Assembly: GCA_002633005.1 (NCBI GenBank)
Contig: NMRA01000445.1
Location: 254,402 to 318,401 of the forward strand
DNA: 64,000 bases
Reading direction: 5' to 3'
Origin: Phoronis australis
Taxonomy: Eukaryota; Animalia; Phoronida
Part shown: positions 46,320 through 59,570 of the stretch, one piece after another
Position numbering within the stretch: position 1 is the first letter of the stretch
Layout: the number at the start of each line of letters is the position of its first letter
Position numbers and translations under genes: made by a program
The notes under the pieces: model-generated
What the model was told of the DNA's origin: nothing
The model's database searches: none
What the model saw: only the letters and a program-made list of their open reading frames with translations

Positions 46320-48245
46320 GGCACTGTAGAGCATTTGAAACATGGAACCAATAAATCAAGTGTTTCTGAATGACGCATTTGAAACTGCACTCAAACCGTT
46401 TAGCTACACTACACGCCAAAAGTATTCAGACAAACTGAACTGGAGATCCCCGTCACCACGACTGGCCAGAATCCAGTATTTCATTGTCAGAATGGTTTTC
46501 ACTCGTGAATAGGAATGTACAGGAAAGTGAGTATGGTCATTAAGCTATTCTTTAACGACAGTTTTGTCCCCATAATAATTACTATGAGTCATTTTTGCTA
46601 TTAACCTAGTTAACTGCCATGATGGGGAAATGGTATTTTGTCTGATTACTTGTGTCTGTGTGTACTACCCCTGTAAGTGACTGGAATCCTAGTCTCAATA
46701 TTTGGGGAATTACTGGTAGATAAAACAATTTCAAGTTGCAATGGGAGACTTTCAAATAGTAACTTGGTGACTGGTCATGTGGGACCGAATACCAGTGGCC
46801 TCTAGAGGATGAGGAGGCATTTTATAACTTTTAACTGTGTAATCACACATACTGTAGAAGGGTCTTTTCATGAAATCAAGCTGTTCCCGTCTGCCACCCG
46901 CTGCGAAGACAAAGCAACTTTTGGTTCATCTAGGTAGGGATATGAGTCACTGGTCCCACACAACCCAATTGCTTCCTGAAAGTCTCCCATTAAGATTTTT
47001 TATGTTATGAATGATTTATTCCAAAAATGTGCAAGTCACGGTGCAATTTTGGCCTCATCAGATCAGTTTAAATAACAAAGAAATGTGGTGTGTTGAGAGT
47101 ACAAAAATATAGATTTTTACTATGTATGTAACCTTGTTGTTTGTTATTACTAGTCACATTCCCACCAAGGACATTTATAACTACTTCAAGACAAATGCAC
47201 GTTGCTAGTTAATAATCGTTGAAGACAAAATGTAATGCTTAACTGGTCAACTTGGCCAACAAGGTTGTACTACTGACCAATGAGATCATTGAAATGTTTG
47301 TCAGGTAAATAGCAAAGAAACAGCCTTCTTGGGGATGTCGGCAAGGGATTCTTTGAACTCATTTGTATGTAGTCACAAGCGTTTTGGAAGTCATTCCGCC
47401 AGGTCACAGGGTTTGGGTCACATGGAGGCCATACTGTTTGCATGGTCCTTGTTCAGTGTTTCTGTTTGGTAGCAAAGTAAGTCAGAGGTAAGAGTTATCT
47501 CTCTGCATATCATTGTCACTGCTCTACTCTTACTAGCTCGGCTGTCATAACTGACAACGACAGACTTTAGGTCACAGCATATATATCAGAGTCGTTGTTG
47601 GGGAACATGAAAGAAATTGGAAGCAATTTTCAGTCACAGGGACTGACGAATCAGTGCCAGTCACCATGTCGGCAAAAGGGCGGAGAATGTCATCATTGAC
47701 AAATGTGACCTGGACCAACTTGTAAACAAAGTGGTCCAGCTAGATACAAAGACTCCTGCATACGGTATGGTCTCCACAGGACTAAGTCCGTGCGATCGTA
47801 TTCGCTGAACAAGACCGCCAAAACCCTCGTGACTACATACTAATGAGTTTCAGAAAGCCCTAACGGACATCGTCAACTAACGTAACTCGGTTACTGCCGG
47901 AGGTTCCCAAACGACAGTGAGGAATCCCAGGATCGTAACAAGTGTCGTGAAGGTAGCAATATTAACTGATTGATAGTGATAGTGACAGTTCCGGTGTTCA
48001 TGACACAAAAAGGAGGCGAAAAGGACGGGAGTGAGAAATGAGAAACAAAATATGCACCCTCCTCGATGTCTATTGGTTAAATCTGGCCGTAATAAACACA
48101 GATCTGAATGAGTTATACGAAGAGACAGAACGGCGTCCGGGACAACATGTCTCTTTTGATCGTATTCTCTTTTATATACGAATGCAAGCGATGAATCATT
48201 GTCTTAAAAATTTCGTGAGGTATTAAAACTCTGCACATGACTCAC

Positions 48246-48690
48246 CAGAATTGCTTCAATATTTGATTTAAAGTAGTTATTCCAATAATTCGCACAGAAG
48301 TCGAGTCACATCGTTGTTAAGGTCTCCATTTTGAAATGACGTCACTTGAAGTTCAGCAAAGAGAAAAACTTATTGTAAGTATTTAGCTTCCGAGTGAGAA
48401 CACGTTTGTTTTAGCAACAAAAATCTACCAATACAAATTTTATGCAAAAATAAAGCTAGTTAATTGTATTGAAATGTACGTATGAGGTATGCATGCTATT
48501 CATTTTTTTCTGTTTGAAATTATTGCTCTAGTTTGTGTCCACTTTTTGTCCAAGATGGTAAGGTCAAGGTCGTCCGTGAGCCCGGTCAGTGTCAAATTTA
48601 TCACTGATGACCGCGAGCTAAATGATTCAGCAATTAAATAACTTTGCGAAATCTGTTTCCGAATCACGTTTGTTCTCTGAAAATTAACGT
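48246..48690. promoter_or_regulatory. Candidate divergent promoter for the FAM227-like gene and GDPD copy 1
   Basis: Minus-strand donor CTG|GTGAGT at 48245; CRE TGACGTCA 48337-48344; RFX half-site TAGCAAC near 48412; plus-strand donors GTAAGG 48558 and GTAAGT 48689. Confidence 0.4.
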
Positions 48691-48899
48691 AAGTACTTCC
48701 CTTTTTTGTGCTATATTCACTGCCTTATTTTAAACAAGTATTATAGTTTATTGACAATAATTATTCTAAGTCCTCAAAAGTGACAGTGGGAGTGTGTAGT
48801 GTGGTGTACTAGTCTGTAGAAAAATCTAATTCAATACTGGAAGTCGAACTAGACAGTACCAGCGGCAGTAGAGACAGTGGCCATCACATAAGCTTTCCA

Positions 48900-49027
48900 G
48901 GCACTAGTCGGAGTATAATGGACCCTGATTTAGAGAACCAGTTTCTTCCACTAAATAACAGCCGTAATTTATGCCTGGTTCTCTAACTCTAAGTCAGGCC
49001 CAGGGTCCATTATATCCGACTAGTGCC
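48900..49027. repeat. Palindromic hairpin element
   Basis: GGCACTAGTCGGAGTATAATGGACCCTG...CAGGGTCCATTATATCCGACTAGTGCC; inner AGAGAACCAG/CTGGTTCTCT; a related core lies near 15040-15095. Confidence 0.75.
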
Positions 49028-49537
49028 GCTCTCCATACGTCGGAAGCTTTTAAGTGAATTTTGCCTCCCACTGATTAAACCATAACAGATACTGCTATAG
49101 GTACATTTTGCACATTAGAGCCAGTCATATAGAGCCTAGCGCCCAGAGGGACATGCATCTATAAAGGAGGTAGGCAACACGTTGCCCCTTGGCCACAAAT
49201 ACAATATGCCCTATTGGTTTCTTACTAATCTCATCATATGTATTTTAAATGAGTGATGGTCCAAATCCGGTCACCGAATAAGAGTTTTCATCTCGTCAGA
49301 AATACGTTTTACACTCAAAGTATCGCTTACTTTCTTCAGCAATCCTGTCTGATGAAGCATGTCCAGGAGAATTAAGATGACTTCGACAAAAGATTCCAAC
49401 TCCATTTTTTGGTCGCTATTAACTTTTTCATCTCGCACGATAACCACAAAGTATTTCACATTGACGTCACATGAGTTAGGCAACAGCAAGTGCGAGACTG
49501 TACCGTTTTTACTTAATTATTGTTTTACAACTATATA

Positions 49538-49581
49538 TATTGTATTATATTGTATTGTATTGTATTATATTGTATTGTATT
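49538..49581. repeat. (TATTG)n microsatellite
   Basis: Direct reading. Confidence 0.85.
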
Positions 49582-50872
49582 ACTGTTGAAGGCCCTCTTG
49601 GAAAGCACATGCTGACACTGAAGAGGTCCCCTCATTTTAAATATTACAATAAATAAATAAATACGAAGCATGTGATGCTTGCAACAAGTACCATGGGAAG
49701 ATATCCAGTGGAATTTGTAAGATTTGTTTCCCTTGGACTTTTTGCTCAACAGGTGTGATATCGTATAGCTTCCTCAAAGTGGCACCCAGTGAAGGAAGCT
49801 CAAATGAACTGCGATAGATTTTCATGGATATGTTCAAATTATATTGTCTAAATTTATCCTAAGGTATCTGTGTATGTGCAAACTAAAGATACCTGTAGTG
49901 ACATGACTTACTGTTTTAATCAGCGTGAGGCATAATTGACTGAAAAGCTTCCTGTGTATGGCCTGCCAATGGGATGACCACCGTCTCTACTGCCAGTTGA
50001 GACAGTGGTATTGTCTAGGAGTCAATCTGGACCGGTGTATTAGTATAATGTCCAAGTAGACAGGTCCTCTGTTTGTGCTGCTGCCAGCTTTCGCCCTCTC
50101 AGCATGACTTGCTGATAGGTGACCTTCCCATAATGCCATAACCGTAGAAGAAACATTTCGGTTTGAACTCGACCACACTGATTGTAATCACCCTGGTAAT
50201 GTTATTTGAATAGTCTTCAGTTTCCTGGCAAAGACTCGCACTCGTATCCATATACACACAATTTACATTTTGATGTAATAGTCAGGTAGAAGCATAATTT
50301 GCAGAACATTTTATGGAATACAACTTTGATTTGGATATGCCGTTGTCAAATGTCGAAGTCAGTTGGCTAATTAGCAATTTCCCACTGGTGACATAGAAGC
50401 TTTAATTATCTTGATATTTTAGAACATACCACTGGTATACACCGTGTGTGAAAAAGGGAGTATACCTTACAGGTACATAGAACACTATTACATGGCTGTA
50501 TAGAACCCCTAGAAATCTGTCGAGGTTTGCAATCTCACCACTATGTGACAGGCGTAAATGACTACTGATTGACCTTCAATCGAGGTCAAACAATAAATGA
50601 TCCAGGTCGAAGGTCAAGCAGCAGCCAATCACCCCGATCCTCGCCAGACTTCCGGCAGTTCTCTGCAGCTGTAAAATGGTGTATGCTATACTCCCTTGTT
50701 ACTTACAGTGTTACAAGTTAAGCTCTAAAAGATCGAAACAAGCTCCTGTGACTAGCGAGTGATTTTGGGAGGCATTTATTTGACTACACTGCAGACCGCG
50801 GCCTTGGACCAAAACTGCAAACAGGTGCAAAAATGGACGTCAATAACAATGTCGACTTATCATTTCAGGTGC

Positions 50873-51865
50873 ATGGAGACTTGGGTAATAGTAATAATGG
50901 TGGTAGGAGCTATTTTGGTCGGTTACGTCGTAACCTCCGTGTTACTATTCGTCTTCCCAACAGTTCTCCATAGAAAGAAATGTCTCAAGTTCAAGTGTCG
51001 GCACATCAGTCACCGTGGTGGCGCCGGTGAGCATTTAGAAAATACGATAACAGCGTTCCGCCATGCTGCGTCGGTGGGTACGGACATGCTGGAGCTGGAC
51101 TGTCAGCTTACGAAAGACGGAGAGGTAGTGGTATCCCATGACAACAGCCTGGAGCGGGTGACCGGTGTCGACTGCTGTATTTCGGATACGAATTACGCTG
51201 ACTTACCGCCACTGAAGCCCGAACTGGACCTCGATTTTGATTCGTATCACGTGACCGCTGGTAGTCAGGAAGATAGAAGTATTGCTTTACTTCGCGATGT
51301 GTTCACCGAGTTTCCGAACATGCCAATCAATTTGGACGTAAAGCGTGACTGTGACGAACTGATGGAAAAGGTTAATATTCTAATTAAGGAATTCAATCGG
51401 GAAGAGATTACAGTGTGGGGAAATTTCAGTAATATTGTGACTGACAAGTTGCATAAACTCAATCCCAACATTCCGCTATTTTTTTCTATGAAGCGCATCG
51501 GTGTACTTATGGTGCTGTTTTACACCGGTCTTCTTCCGTTCGTACCACTGCGAGAGTCCTGCTTTGAAGTCCCTGTTCCGAGGATGTTCTTCAATGGCAA
51601 AAGATTCAAACGCGAGAGATTTACTAAGTTGCAAAGCTGTCTGATTGGCTGTGTCGACTTCCTCATGATCAGGAAGAGTCTGATTCGCCATCTGGAAAAA
51701 CGTGGCATCCAGACATTCTCGTGGGTCTTAAATGAGGAAGAAGAGTTTGCTCACTCTATTGATTATGGTTTTTCGGGTATCATGACGGATTTTCCGAGCA
51801 AGCTCGCTAACTTTCTGTCAGCCAGTCGAGCAACAGAATCAACCAGTTTGTTTGGGGATCAATAA
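50873..51865 (+). CDS. GDPD1: Lysophospholipase D GDPD1/GDPD3-like (GDE4/GDE7), copy 1, intron-free CDS, 330 aa
   Basis: N-terminal hydrophobic helix, ISHRGGAGEHLENT, LELDCQLTKDGEVVVSHD, INLDVK, FYTGLLPF, GIMTDFP. ATG 50873 follows an acceptor (catttcag|gtgcATG), so the ORF-track start at 50759 is probably intronic. Confidence 0.92.
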   Translation: METWVIVIMVVGAILVGYVVTSVLLFVFPTVLHRKKCLKFKCRHISHRGGAGEHLENTITAFRHAASVGTDMLELDCQLTKDGEVVVSHDNSLERVTGVDCCISDTNYADLPPLKPELDLDFDSYHVTAGSQEDRSIALLRDVFTEFPNMPINLDVKRDCDELMEKVNILIKEFNREEITVWGNFSNIVTDKLHKLNPNIPLFFSMKRIGVLMVLFYTGLLPFVPLRESCFEVPVPRMFFNGKRFKRERFTKLQSCLIGCVDFLMIRKSLIRHLEKRGIQTFSWVLNEEEEFAHSIDYGFSGIMTDFPSKLANFLSASRATESTSLFGDQ

Positions 51866-52391
51866 CATTTGGAAGGAGTGGTTCTGCCTTGGGCATTTCA
51901 CTGGAAATGTTTGTACGTTTTGAAATGTTTTGAGTTTTGAAGCAGAGAAAATGTCATCGTACATCTGACATGTACGGTATTTATACATCTAGGGTCAAAA
52001 ATGTTTTGCCTTTGTGAGTCTGTTGAACTAAGTTTGACCAATCGTGGCCAAGTTTGTTAATACTGTGCCATTTTTTATTTTGATACTTTATTCCAAGATC
52101 ACATAATCTTGCTTTTAAACAATATACAGTTGAGAATTATCAACGTATGAAAACTTGGGTTTCTGAGCTGAAGAACCAGCAAACTGATCAAATGTGCAAC
52201 ACATGAGATTGCCCTGGCATCGTTTTTAGCTAAACATGTACTTGGTGAGAACCAATGTCCCTAATGTCCTATGCATACTCGCATCAAGTCCCAAGGGAGA
52301 ACGCATGTGAACAGTACTCATTGTCTGTGCATAAATCATGAACAGGCCTTGCCGTTTTGGCTGAACAGTTCTAACTCTTATCTGTTTACTC

Positions 52392-52737
52392 CAGGGCTTG
52401 GAATTTTCCGCGGAAACGCGGATTTCCGCTTTTTTCAAATGTGCTTTCCGCTTTTTTATATTTCCGCGTAAAAAAATTGGATTTGATATAAAATTTCCGC
52501 GGCAAATTCCTTTCTTACCGTGGCGTTGCAGACGACGTTCACCTCGAAAAGCGGAAGTTGCTCTTTATGTTTCGGAGGAACGTAAATTGTCAACATTGCC
52601 GGGGCATCTGGGATAGCGTGGTGGGATTTTCAATGGCGTTCACATTGACCAGTTCAAGGCTGGTTATCGGGCAATGATTTGGGCCGTAAAAGTTTCAAAG
52701 TTTCCGCGTTTTTTGTCATTAGTCATTCCAAGCTCTG
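52392..52737. mobile_element. CAGGGCTTGGAAT-ended MITE
   Basis: TIR CAGGGCTTGGAAT / ATTCCAAGCTCTG; internal TTTCCGC repeats; flanks TTACTC and TTACTT. Confidence 0.7.
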
Positions 52738-54699
52738 TTACTTCCTGCAGTATTATCAAAGGGTGCTTGGATGTGCTTGTGTGTAGCAACTTGCCAAGAA
52801 AAAACCTGAGGTGTATATTTGAAAAGCTGGTTTCATTTTTGAAAAATAGGAATGAGAATGAAATTGCTCAGGGGTACTTGTGCAATTCTTTCCCATCACT
52901 GTGCACCTTAAGGAATTCTACTGTACCAGTGGCTCACACACCAAATCAGAACCCTGGCTGACCTCGAATAATACCAATGTTTTTCAATTTTGGATTCTGT
53001 GCCTGTTTTTGGCCATAATTGTTTGACAAGAACAGATTCAAGATAGATAGATTCAGCGATTTTGTATAGTAGTCCCATGTTTTCTTTGATATGTATTCAC
53101 ATCTAGTGATAAATGGTCATCATTCATAGCATCATTCATGAAAAAACTTTTAATCATTTGTCATTGTTCAGTGATTAGAAATCGCAGTTGCACATTATGA
53201 TGATTCATGATAAACAGTGCATGGAAATTATACCAACTGTTTATATAATTTTTTATCAACTATTTATATCATATCCCACCATTCTCCTGAATTTACACAA
53301 AGTGTTTAATATATGAAACCATGTAATTATTTTTTTGTGGTAAATTATGACAGAATTTGCCTATGTACCTGAATTTTGTGTGAAATGGAGAAAAGATTGT
53401 GTGCTCCACAGATGGCAGTGTGAGCAGTTGTGTTTTTGGTTGTTGTATTTCGTAGGTTAGAGTCTAGCAATTCCATTGACGGGAGGGGAGATGATCCGGC
53501 TAGTAAGGCCACGGTTCCTAAATTATGTTGCAAAATGCCCCAAATCACGAAACACTGAATTAACAGAAAATTCTTATCCGAATGTTCACCCCATGTTATT
53601 ACAAGTCTCCTTATGGATTGAACAAATGCACACATAGTGTGAAATTGGATGGATATTAGTGACTTGTAGAAAGACTGGAACTTTTATTGTGTCAAGTCGC
53701 GTGAATCAAGGGTTGGTCAAAATCGTTATGATGTTGTGTTTTATTGATTGAGAAAATGCATGGATTAAATGCATTGTGTCCTGGAGAGTGTTAATCTATT
53801 GGGTTCTTTGTTTTCTGTTGTAGACAGGGGTCCTCTTGGGTCCAATTTAACTGTCATTATTCATGTAGCTATGTATTATTTATTCGTGTTACGTTATATT
53901 TTAAGATGTCAACAATGCAATTTCTGTTTAGACTTTCCACCTAATGTGTATGTAATAAATTTTATTAAATTTCTTGTAAAGTACCGGTAATTGCATTGTT
54001 TTGTTTCATGAAGCCACCTTGGCTCACAACCATGCCTTCCATACACAGCCTTTGTTTGTATCCAAAGGTACTAAGGTATCACTGAATGTTGTTAGCATGA
54101 AAATTCGGTCTTCAAGTCCGATTGACACAGATCGGTTTTTGTCTTTTGCTTTGGACACCTTAAACGAGTCCGCGGTAGACGAAAGTTGGGACTTAGGCTT
54201 GGAATTGTAAAAGCGAAAAGTGATTACGATTACAACGGGTTTTTGTCCGTGTTCTGTCAACGAAGTGGAGTTTTGATTTAGGCCACTTATCGCTAAAAAA
54301 TTGACATCGGTTTGTTCATTACTCGGGCGGGAAGTGATTTCTGGGTTTTCACACGTCACTAGTTCGTGATCTCGTTAGTCCTTGTGGTAATGTATGCTGG
54401 GCGTATAAAATGACTGGCTGTGAATAGCCAGCATGCAAAGCCTAATCTCTAACAAACTGTTAAGATTTTTCGAGCCCTGGAATCACCGGCCTCCGATTTG
54501 ACCATGACATTTTTAGACCGATTTCTTAAGTGCAAGTAGAGTGGTCTAACTAAAAGTTATTTTTGTGATGGAGGCGCGTTTATAGTCTCTTTAAAATGAT
54601 ACTAAGCCTTTTTTTAATTTCAACAAATCCTCCTTCTGGCCGCTGCTAATGCGTTATTGGCGTCTCCATCTTCGTGATATTTAAGCGCTCTACAAAAAC

Positions 54700-54950
54700 C
54701 AGAACCTGGAATTGTCCTTATTAAAGAAAAGTTTCTCTTTTTTGGTTTCAATTTCCTCTTATTTGGTTTTCATTTCCTCTTCTTTCGTATCTTTTTGTCA
54801 TTATATGACTTTATTCATGTGGCAAAAACATTTAATTCAGTTCAGATTTACAACACAAAAAACATTGCTATCACACAAGTCTACTTTTTGTGGAACGATA
54901 CATCACCTGAAAAATACTCCTGTTTTTGTCTTTGGTCATTCTAAGCCATG
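54700..54950 (-). mobile_element. Reverse-oriented diverged copy of the MITE at 1-234
   Basis: Reverse complement aligns by eye along the whole 1-234 element. Confidence 0.7.
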
Positions 54951-56627
54951 AAAAAAACGGACTCACTGTGTCACAGAATGGATATTGTGGTTCTTGGTTG
55001 GTGGCCGGGCCCCGACTGCCCCTACAGTAGTGCGACTCGTCTTTAAATAATAGGTCATGGCATGCTGTTCGTTTATCGGAGTTTTCAAATTTTTCACCAA
55101 ACGTTTTATTGTTGATGAGGTTTACAAAGCCGAATATTTTGTTTCAGGAACCTGGATGAGTAGTAATTGATATCTGTAAATAGGCCAAATTCGGTTTTAG
55201 TGCGTGAATGCAGTTAGAGTTTTGGCCGAATGCCTCAGGAATTTTAGCAAAGTCTATCCACTGAACGCTAGATGAAGAAACTTTTCGCTCCGTCCAGAGT
55301 TTTATAAAAACGGTAAAACTCGGTAGGAAATAACCTATGGACTACGCAGTTATACAGAAGCTAATATATAAAAAGCAATTTTCCGATATTTTCAAACAGT
55401 AATAAAACAATTAAGTCACGTTCTCTCGAAGAATCTACTTTTAGGTTAGACCACCAGTGCCGCTGCCCAGCGTTTGAAATACCTGGTGGCCCGGGGTCAG
55501 TGGATTTGCGGCCGGGCCAGTAAACTTTCACATGTAGGCCCATGTGGATGCGGTCTCATATTCAAGTAACTGCACATTTATTTGCTGAAGCTCGAACACT
55601 GCCGTCGTCGCTATAAAACTGGTCTCATTGGTCCGGATCCTCACCCTGATGAGACGTTACTTTATTTGCAAGGAACTGATATTCAGTCCGACATTATTCC
55701 TCGCTACCATGCACCGGGAATAAAATAATTCGTCGTGACAAGCCAACTTGTAGCGGCTTAGTAATAGCGAACAGTCTATCAGTTATTTCCTCTAGCCTAG
55801 AATCACCTATGTATGTAGTATACTGAACAATACTGGCCTATTTCATGTAAATATAATCAAAGTATGTTTTGTCACGGAAGTTACCGCTGTGACTTTTTGA
55901 TTGCCGCGAACATGCAAATGATTGACAATTTGTTCTGCGTTTTATGCAATAATAATTTATTAACACGATCATGACCACATAAATACAAATTGAAAACCAC
56001 ACAATCGAAAACGGCAAGAAAACTAAAATATTAGCTACAACTGAAAAAACGTGAACTAAAAAATGACAAACCACAAGCTGTTATGTTTACTTTGCGAAAT
56101 GACAGTGACTATCGACTACTGACAATGGTTTTGAAGACACTTTTGAGCCATGCCTTTACGGTTTGTGGGAAGTATTGATGAAAAACAAGCCTGTCGTCGG
56201 ATTTGTATGCAGTTAAAATATTTTGCTGTAATCGTGTTTTACCGAAAAATGTAACACATAGTACGATATCTCGTAGTATTTCCTACTTGAAGCGTCACAG
56301 GTCTGGAAGTCTCACCAAAGAACAAGTACTGACCTTGGCAAAATTCATCCGCATACACGAGAGGACTGGGGTCCGCGTAACGGTCATGACCAAAAGACCG
56401 GCAATTGAATAACGTCATATTTTCTGAAAGACTGTCGTGAATATCTGTCTTCCCCTTCATGCGTGTTCCATACGTCAGCGAAATCGTAGTTTTCAACAAC
56501 ACAACCACAGAAATGCCACACATTACCTCGTTAATGATGATTACCGCACTGGACCTTATGCAAAGACGTTCTCCAGTCCGTCTTTGCAGCTGGGCTAACC
56601 GGCACACATTCAATATCCACGACATAG

Positions 56628-57560
56628 TTAACTGCACGGGAACTTCGAGGGGAAGTCAGTCATGATACCAGAAACGTTATAATGTCTCGCGATGGCGTAC
56701 TGTTCCTCCGTGTTAACCACCCAAACAAACACGTGAATACCGCGCCTCTTCAAGTGGAAAAAAAGAAGTCGATTCATGAAGATGAGGTCAAGGAATAGCC
56801 ACAAGGCGCATCTCTTCAGTTCTCGTACAAAGGACACGTCTCCTTTCTTCCTCAAATACATCCGCGGGATTGGCATTTCCACACAGTGTTCCTTCAGCGG
56901 GATAAATGGAAGCAGGCCGGTATAAAAAGCGGCAATTAAAACGTACATACGTTTTAATGAAAAAATGACAGGTATGCGTGGATTTGCTTGGTAACATTTT
57001 TCTGTGACGGTAGCGGACCTATTTCCCCACACTGTGATTTCCTCTCGATTGAATTCCACGATTAGGTCGTTGACTTTTTTAATAAGATCGCCATTATCTA
57101 CTTTAATGTCGATATTTATTGGAATGTTAGGGAACTCCAGGAATAGCTCGCGGAGCATAATCACTCGCCTATCTCCATTACCTTTCGTGACGTGATCATA
57201 GCCGAAATCAGAGTCCAGTTCTAAATTTGGCGTTAACATCGGTAAGTTCTCAAAATTCGTCTCAGAAATTTTGACATCACGCCCCGTGACTCGCTTTAAA
57301 TCATTGTCATGTGACACGACGACGTGGCCATCTTTGGTTAGTTGACAGTCAATCTCCAGCATATGCGTTCCCGTAGCAACCGCGTGCTTAAAGGCGCTTA
57401 GAGTGTTTTCCAAATTTTCGCCAGCTCCGCCACGATGACTGATGTGGCGCGCGACAAACTTCAGATGCTTCTTGGCGTGCAACAGATGCGGAAAGAAAAA
57501 CAAAATGACGGACGTTGTGACGTAGGCAAGTGCGAACGTCAGTAGTATGTCCACTGCCAT
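56628..57560 (-). CDS. Lysophospholipase D GDPD1/GDPD3-like, copy 2, intron-free CDS, 310 aa
   Basis: HISHRGGAGENLENT, LEIDCQLTKDGHVVVSHD, FYTGLLPF, GIMTDFP; N-terminal TM segment; acceptor ttgttgtag|atcATG. Confidence 0.92.
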   Translation of the reverse strand: MAVDILLTFALAYVTTSVILFFFPHLLHAKKHLKFVARHISHRGGAGENLENTLSAFKHAVATGTHMLEIDCQLTKDGHVVVSHDNDLKRVTGRDVKISETNFENLPMLTPNLELDSDFGYDHVTKGNGDRRVIMLRELFLEFPNIPINIDIKVDNGDLIKKVNDLIVEFNREEITVWGNRSATVTEKCYQANPRIPVIFSLKRMYVLIAAFYTGLLPFIPLKEHCVEMPIPRMYLRKKGDVSFVRELKRCALWLFLDLIFMNRLLFFHLKRRGIHVFVWVVNTEEQYAIARHYNVSGIMTDFPSKFPCS

Positions 57561-59570
57561 GATCTACAACAAAAATAAAAGTACGTTAATAAAACACGCT
57601 TTTCAGGAAGATCCTTGTCAAAAGGCCGGCAGATTTTAATGCACTCTGAGACTTTCACGGGAATACGGCTTTAATGACTAGTTCAGGCTCCGCAGTAAGG
57701 GGGGCGAACCCGTACAAGTCTACCCCGCCCCTGACATGAAACCTGGAAAACAGTAAAATAGTTCAACAGGGATGTCTACGGTAATTGGTTTTGGAGATTT
57801 TTGTGAATAAATACAAAGGAAAACATGTTGCACAAAATTTTGAGCAACTATCGAAATGTTGTCAGAGCTAAATTCGTGTTATTGCTGTCAACTTTACGCG
57901 TTTACTTCATGGTTTATTGTGAATGAAGATTCTTTGAATCACGAGTCCTTCATGTACCACTGCGTGATCTTAAATAGCAGATCCGATCCCACTAAAGTGA
58001 ACTTGTTGCATGAACGTCTTAACCGGGCCGGAATGGATAATCGATATCAACAACAGAGGGCCTTCGGCAAAAAGTACCGGGTATCGACTGCTCTCCTAAA
58101 TGGACTCTCTTAAGAACATATGAAACATTGGCAAACAACAGCAAGCGACATCAATTATGTACACTATTCGTGAAAATTACGGAAAGTTCTGGTAACACAG
58201 AAAACAAATCGGGCAGCGCTGCGGCAAGATCCGAAGTGCATGCCAAAAATACGGAAAAAAACGCCACTGACAGCAAAATAATTATAAGGAAAAGAAACAA
58301 AAACGAGATTTTGTGTCAACTAAAATCATTTGCCGCAGTAGATGGAACTTGCAGTTGCCCCCCCCCCCCCAAAAAAAACAGAACATTTTCAAGCATCAAG
58401 ATACTAATCCCAAACAGCCACAAACGTGACTGAGACTGGGTTAAAAACCATGCAAAGCCATTCAGGCCGCAATCAAAAGAACTTGACGACCGCTATAGTG
58501 AAGTTCGTATAATTGTACAACATACATACCAGACAGTGTGACGCAATGAATCGCGGAGTAGACATATTCATTATTCAGTGTTATCCCACTCAGTAGCACG
58601 AGACGTCACGTCGGGAAGTAGCATTAAGTTTTGACCCCATAAAATAATGACCCCATGGATCTCCGAATGTCGAAAATGATCATGGGTTGTTTATGATTAG
58701 GTTCGCTAAATTCGCAGTGAGTGAACATCAGTTCGTGAGAAAATGACCCCAGAAACATTTTCAACAGACAAGCCTAGTGACCATTATAACAGTGAGTGAC
58801 GAACTCATCGCCGTGAAGACGTGATTCTACATATAGTCACGTTTTATCTTCTGTAATTCTAAGAAAATGCAGTAGGCCTACATGGAGACTCACAGAGAAA
58901 CGGCGCTGCATCATGGTGGTGTTGTCATCACGGCAAATCGGCTGATTTCACAGTATTGACAACCAGCTGCAGGGCTTCGGCGATCATTGAGCAGGTGGGT
59001 CAGTGGGGGGCGGTGCCCATGTTGCAGCCCTGAATTGCACCCCCGGCTCCGTTGAGAACAATTTCCCCCACCCCAGCCCTTACGCCAATGATTGACTCTC
59101 ATCACCAGCCGTGCCGGGTAGGCCTACTTTTAGTATTCGCCCGCCCCAGGCTCGGGTGGCTCGCGCGGGCAGTCGGCAAACAGCCACCATAGCCCGGTGG
59201 CCCCGGCCGCCAGGCAGTGCTATGAGACGCCACTGAATACGCAGGTCACTTCAATCAGCTTACGAATTCGACCAAACAACTGGCACAAACCAACTTTTTG
59301 GACTGAGGACACATTTTTCACAGCGGGGTCAAAGTACGGTACAAGTCGGAGGACCTGTCCACGTTAGAAGTGCTGATCGAGTGACATCCTGCCGACTGTC
59401 AGTACACCCTGGCACCCCCCAAAACTGCCACGAATTGCTTCCCTACCCCTTTCAATGAACGAAGTCTCTGATTTGCAACAGCACGCCGAAAGCAGAAACG
59501 GGAGTACCCGATCGGCTAACGCCGGAACCCGACGCACAAACAGTCAATTATGTTGACATACCTAATTTAT

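Noticed and set aside
50759-50872. 38-aa N-terminal extension of GDPD copy 1 in the ORF track
   Set aside because: Non-ATG start, crosses a splice acceptor, and has no counterpart in copies 2 and 3.
55646-55690. Additional hammerheads at other CTGATGA/CTGAAGA sites (also 44078, 47056, 48604)
   Set aside because: No stem II followed by GAAA at a suitable spacing.
56239-56637. 132-aa ORF downstream of GDPD copy 2 and the other short ORF-track entries
   Set aside because: No recognisable motifs; most are chance ORFs, antisense shadows of real exons or intron read-through.
55455-59235. Pack-type hAT carrying GDPD copy 2 (CAGTGCCG... and ...CGCCACTG GC-rich ends)
   Set aside because: The ends are only loosely similar and the flanks (TAGACCAC, AATACGCA) give no TSD; more likely two independent fragments.
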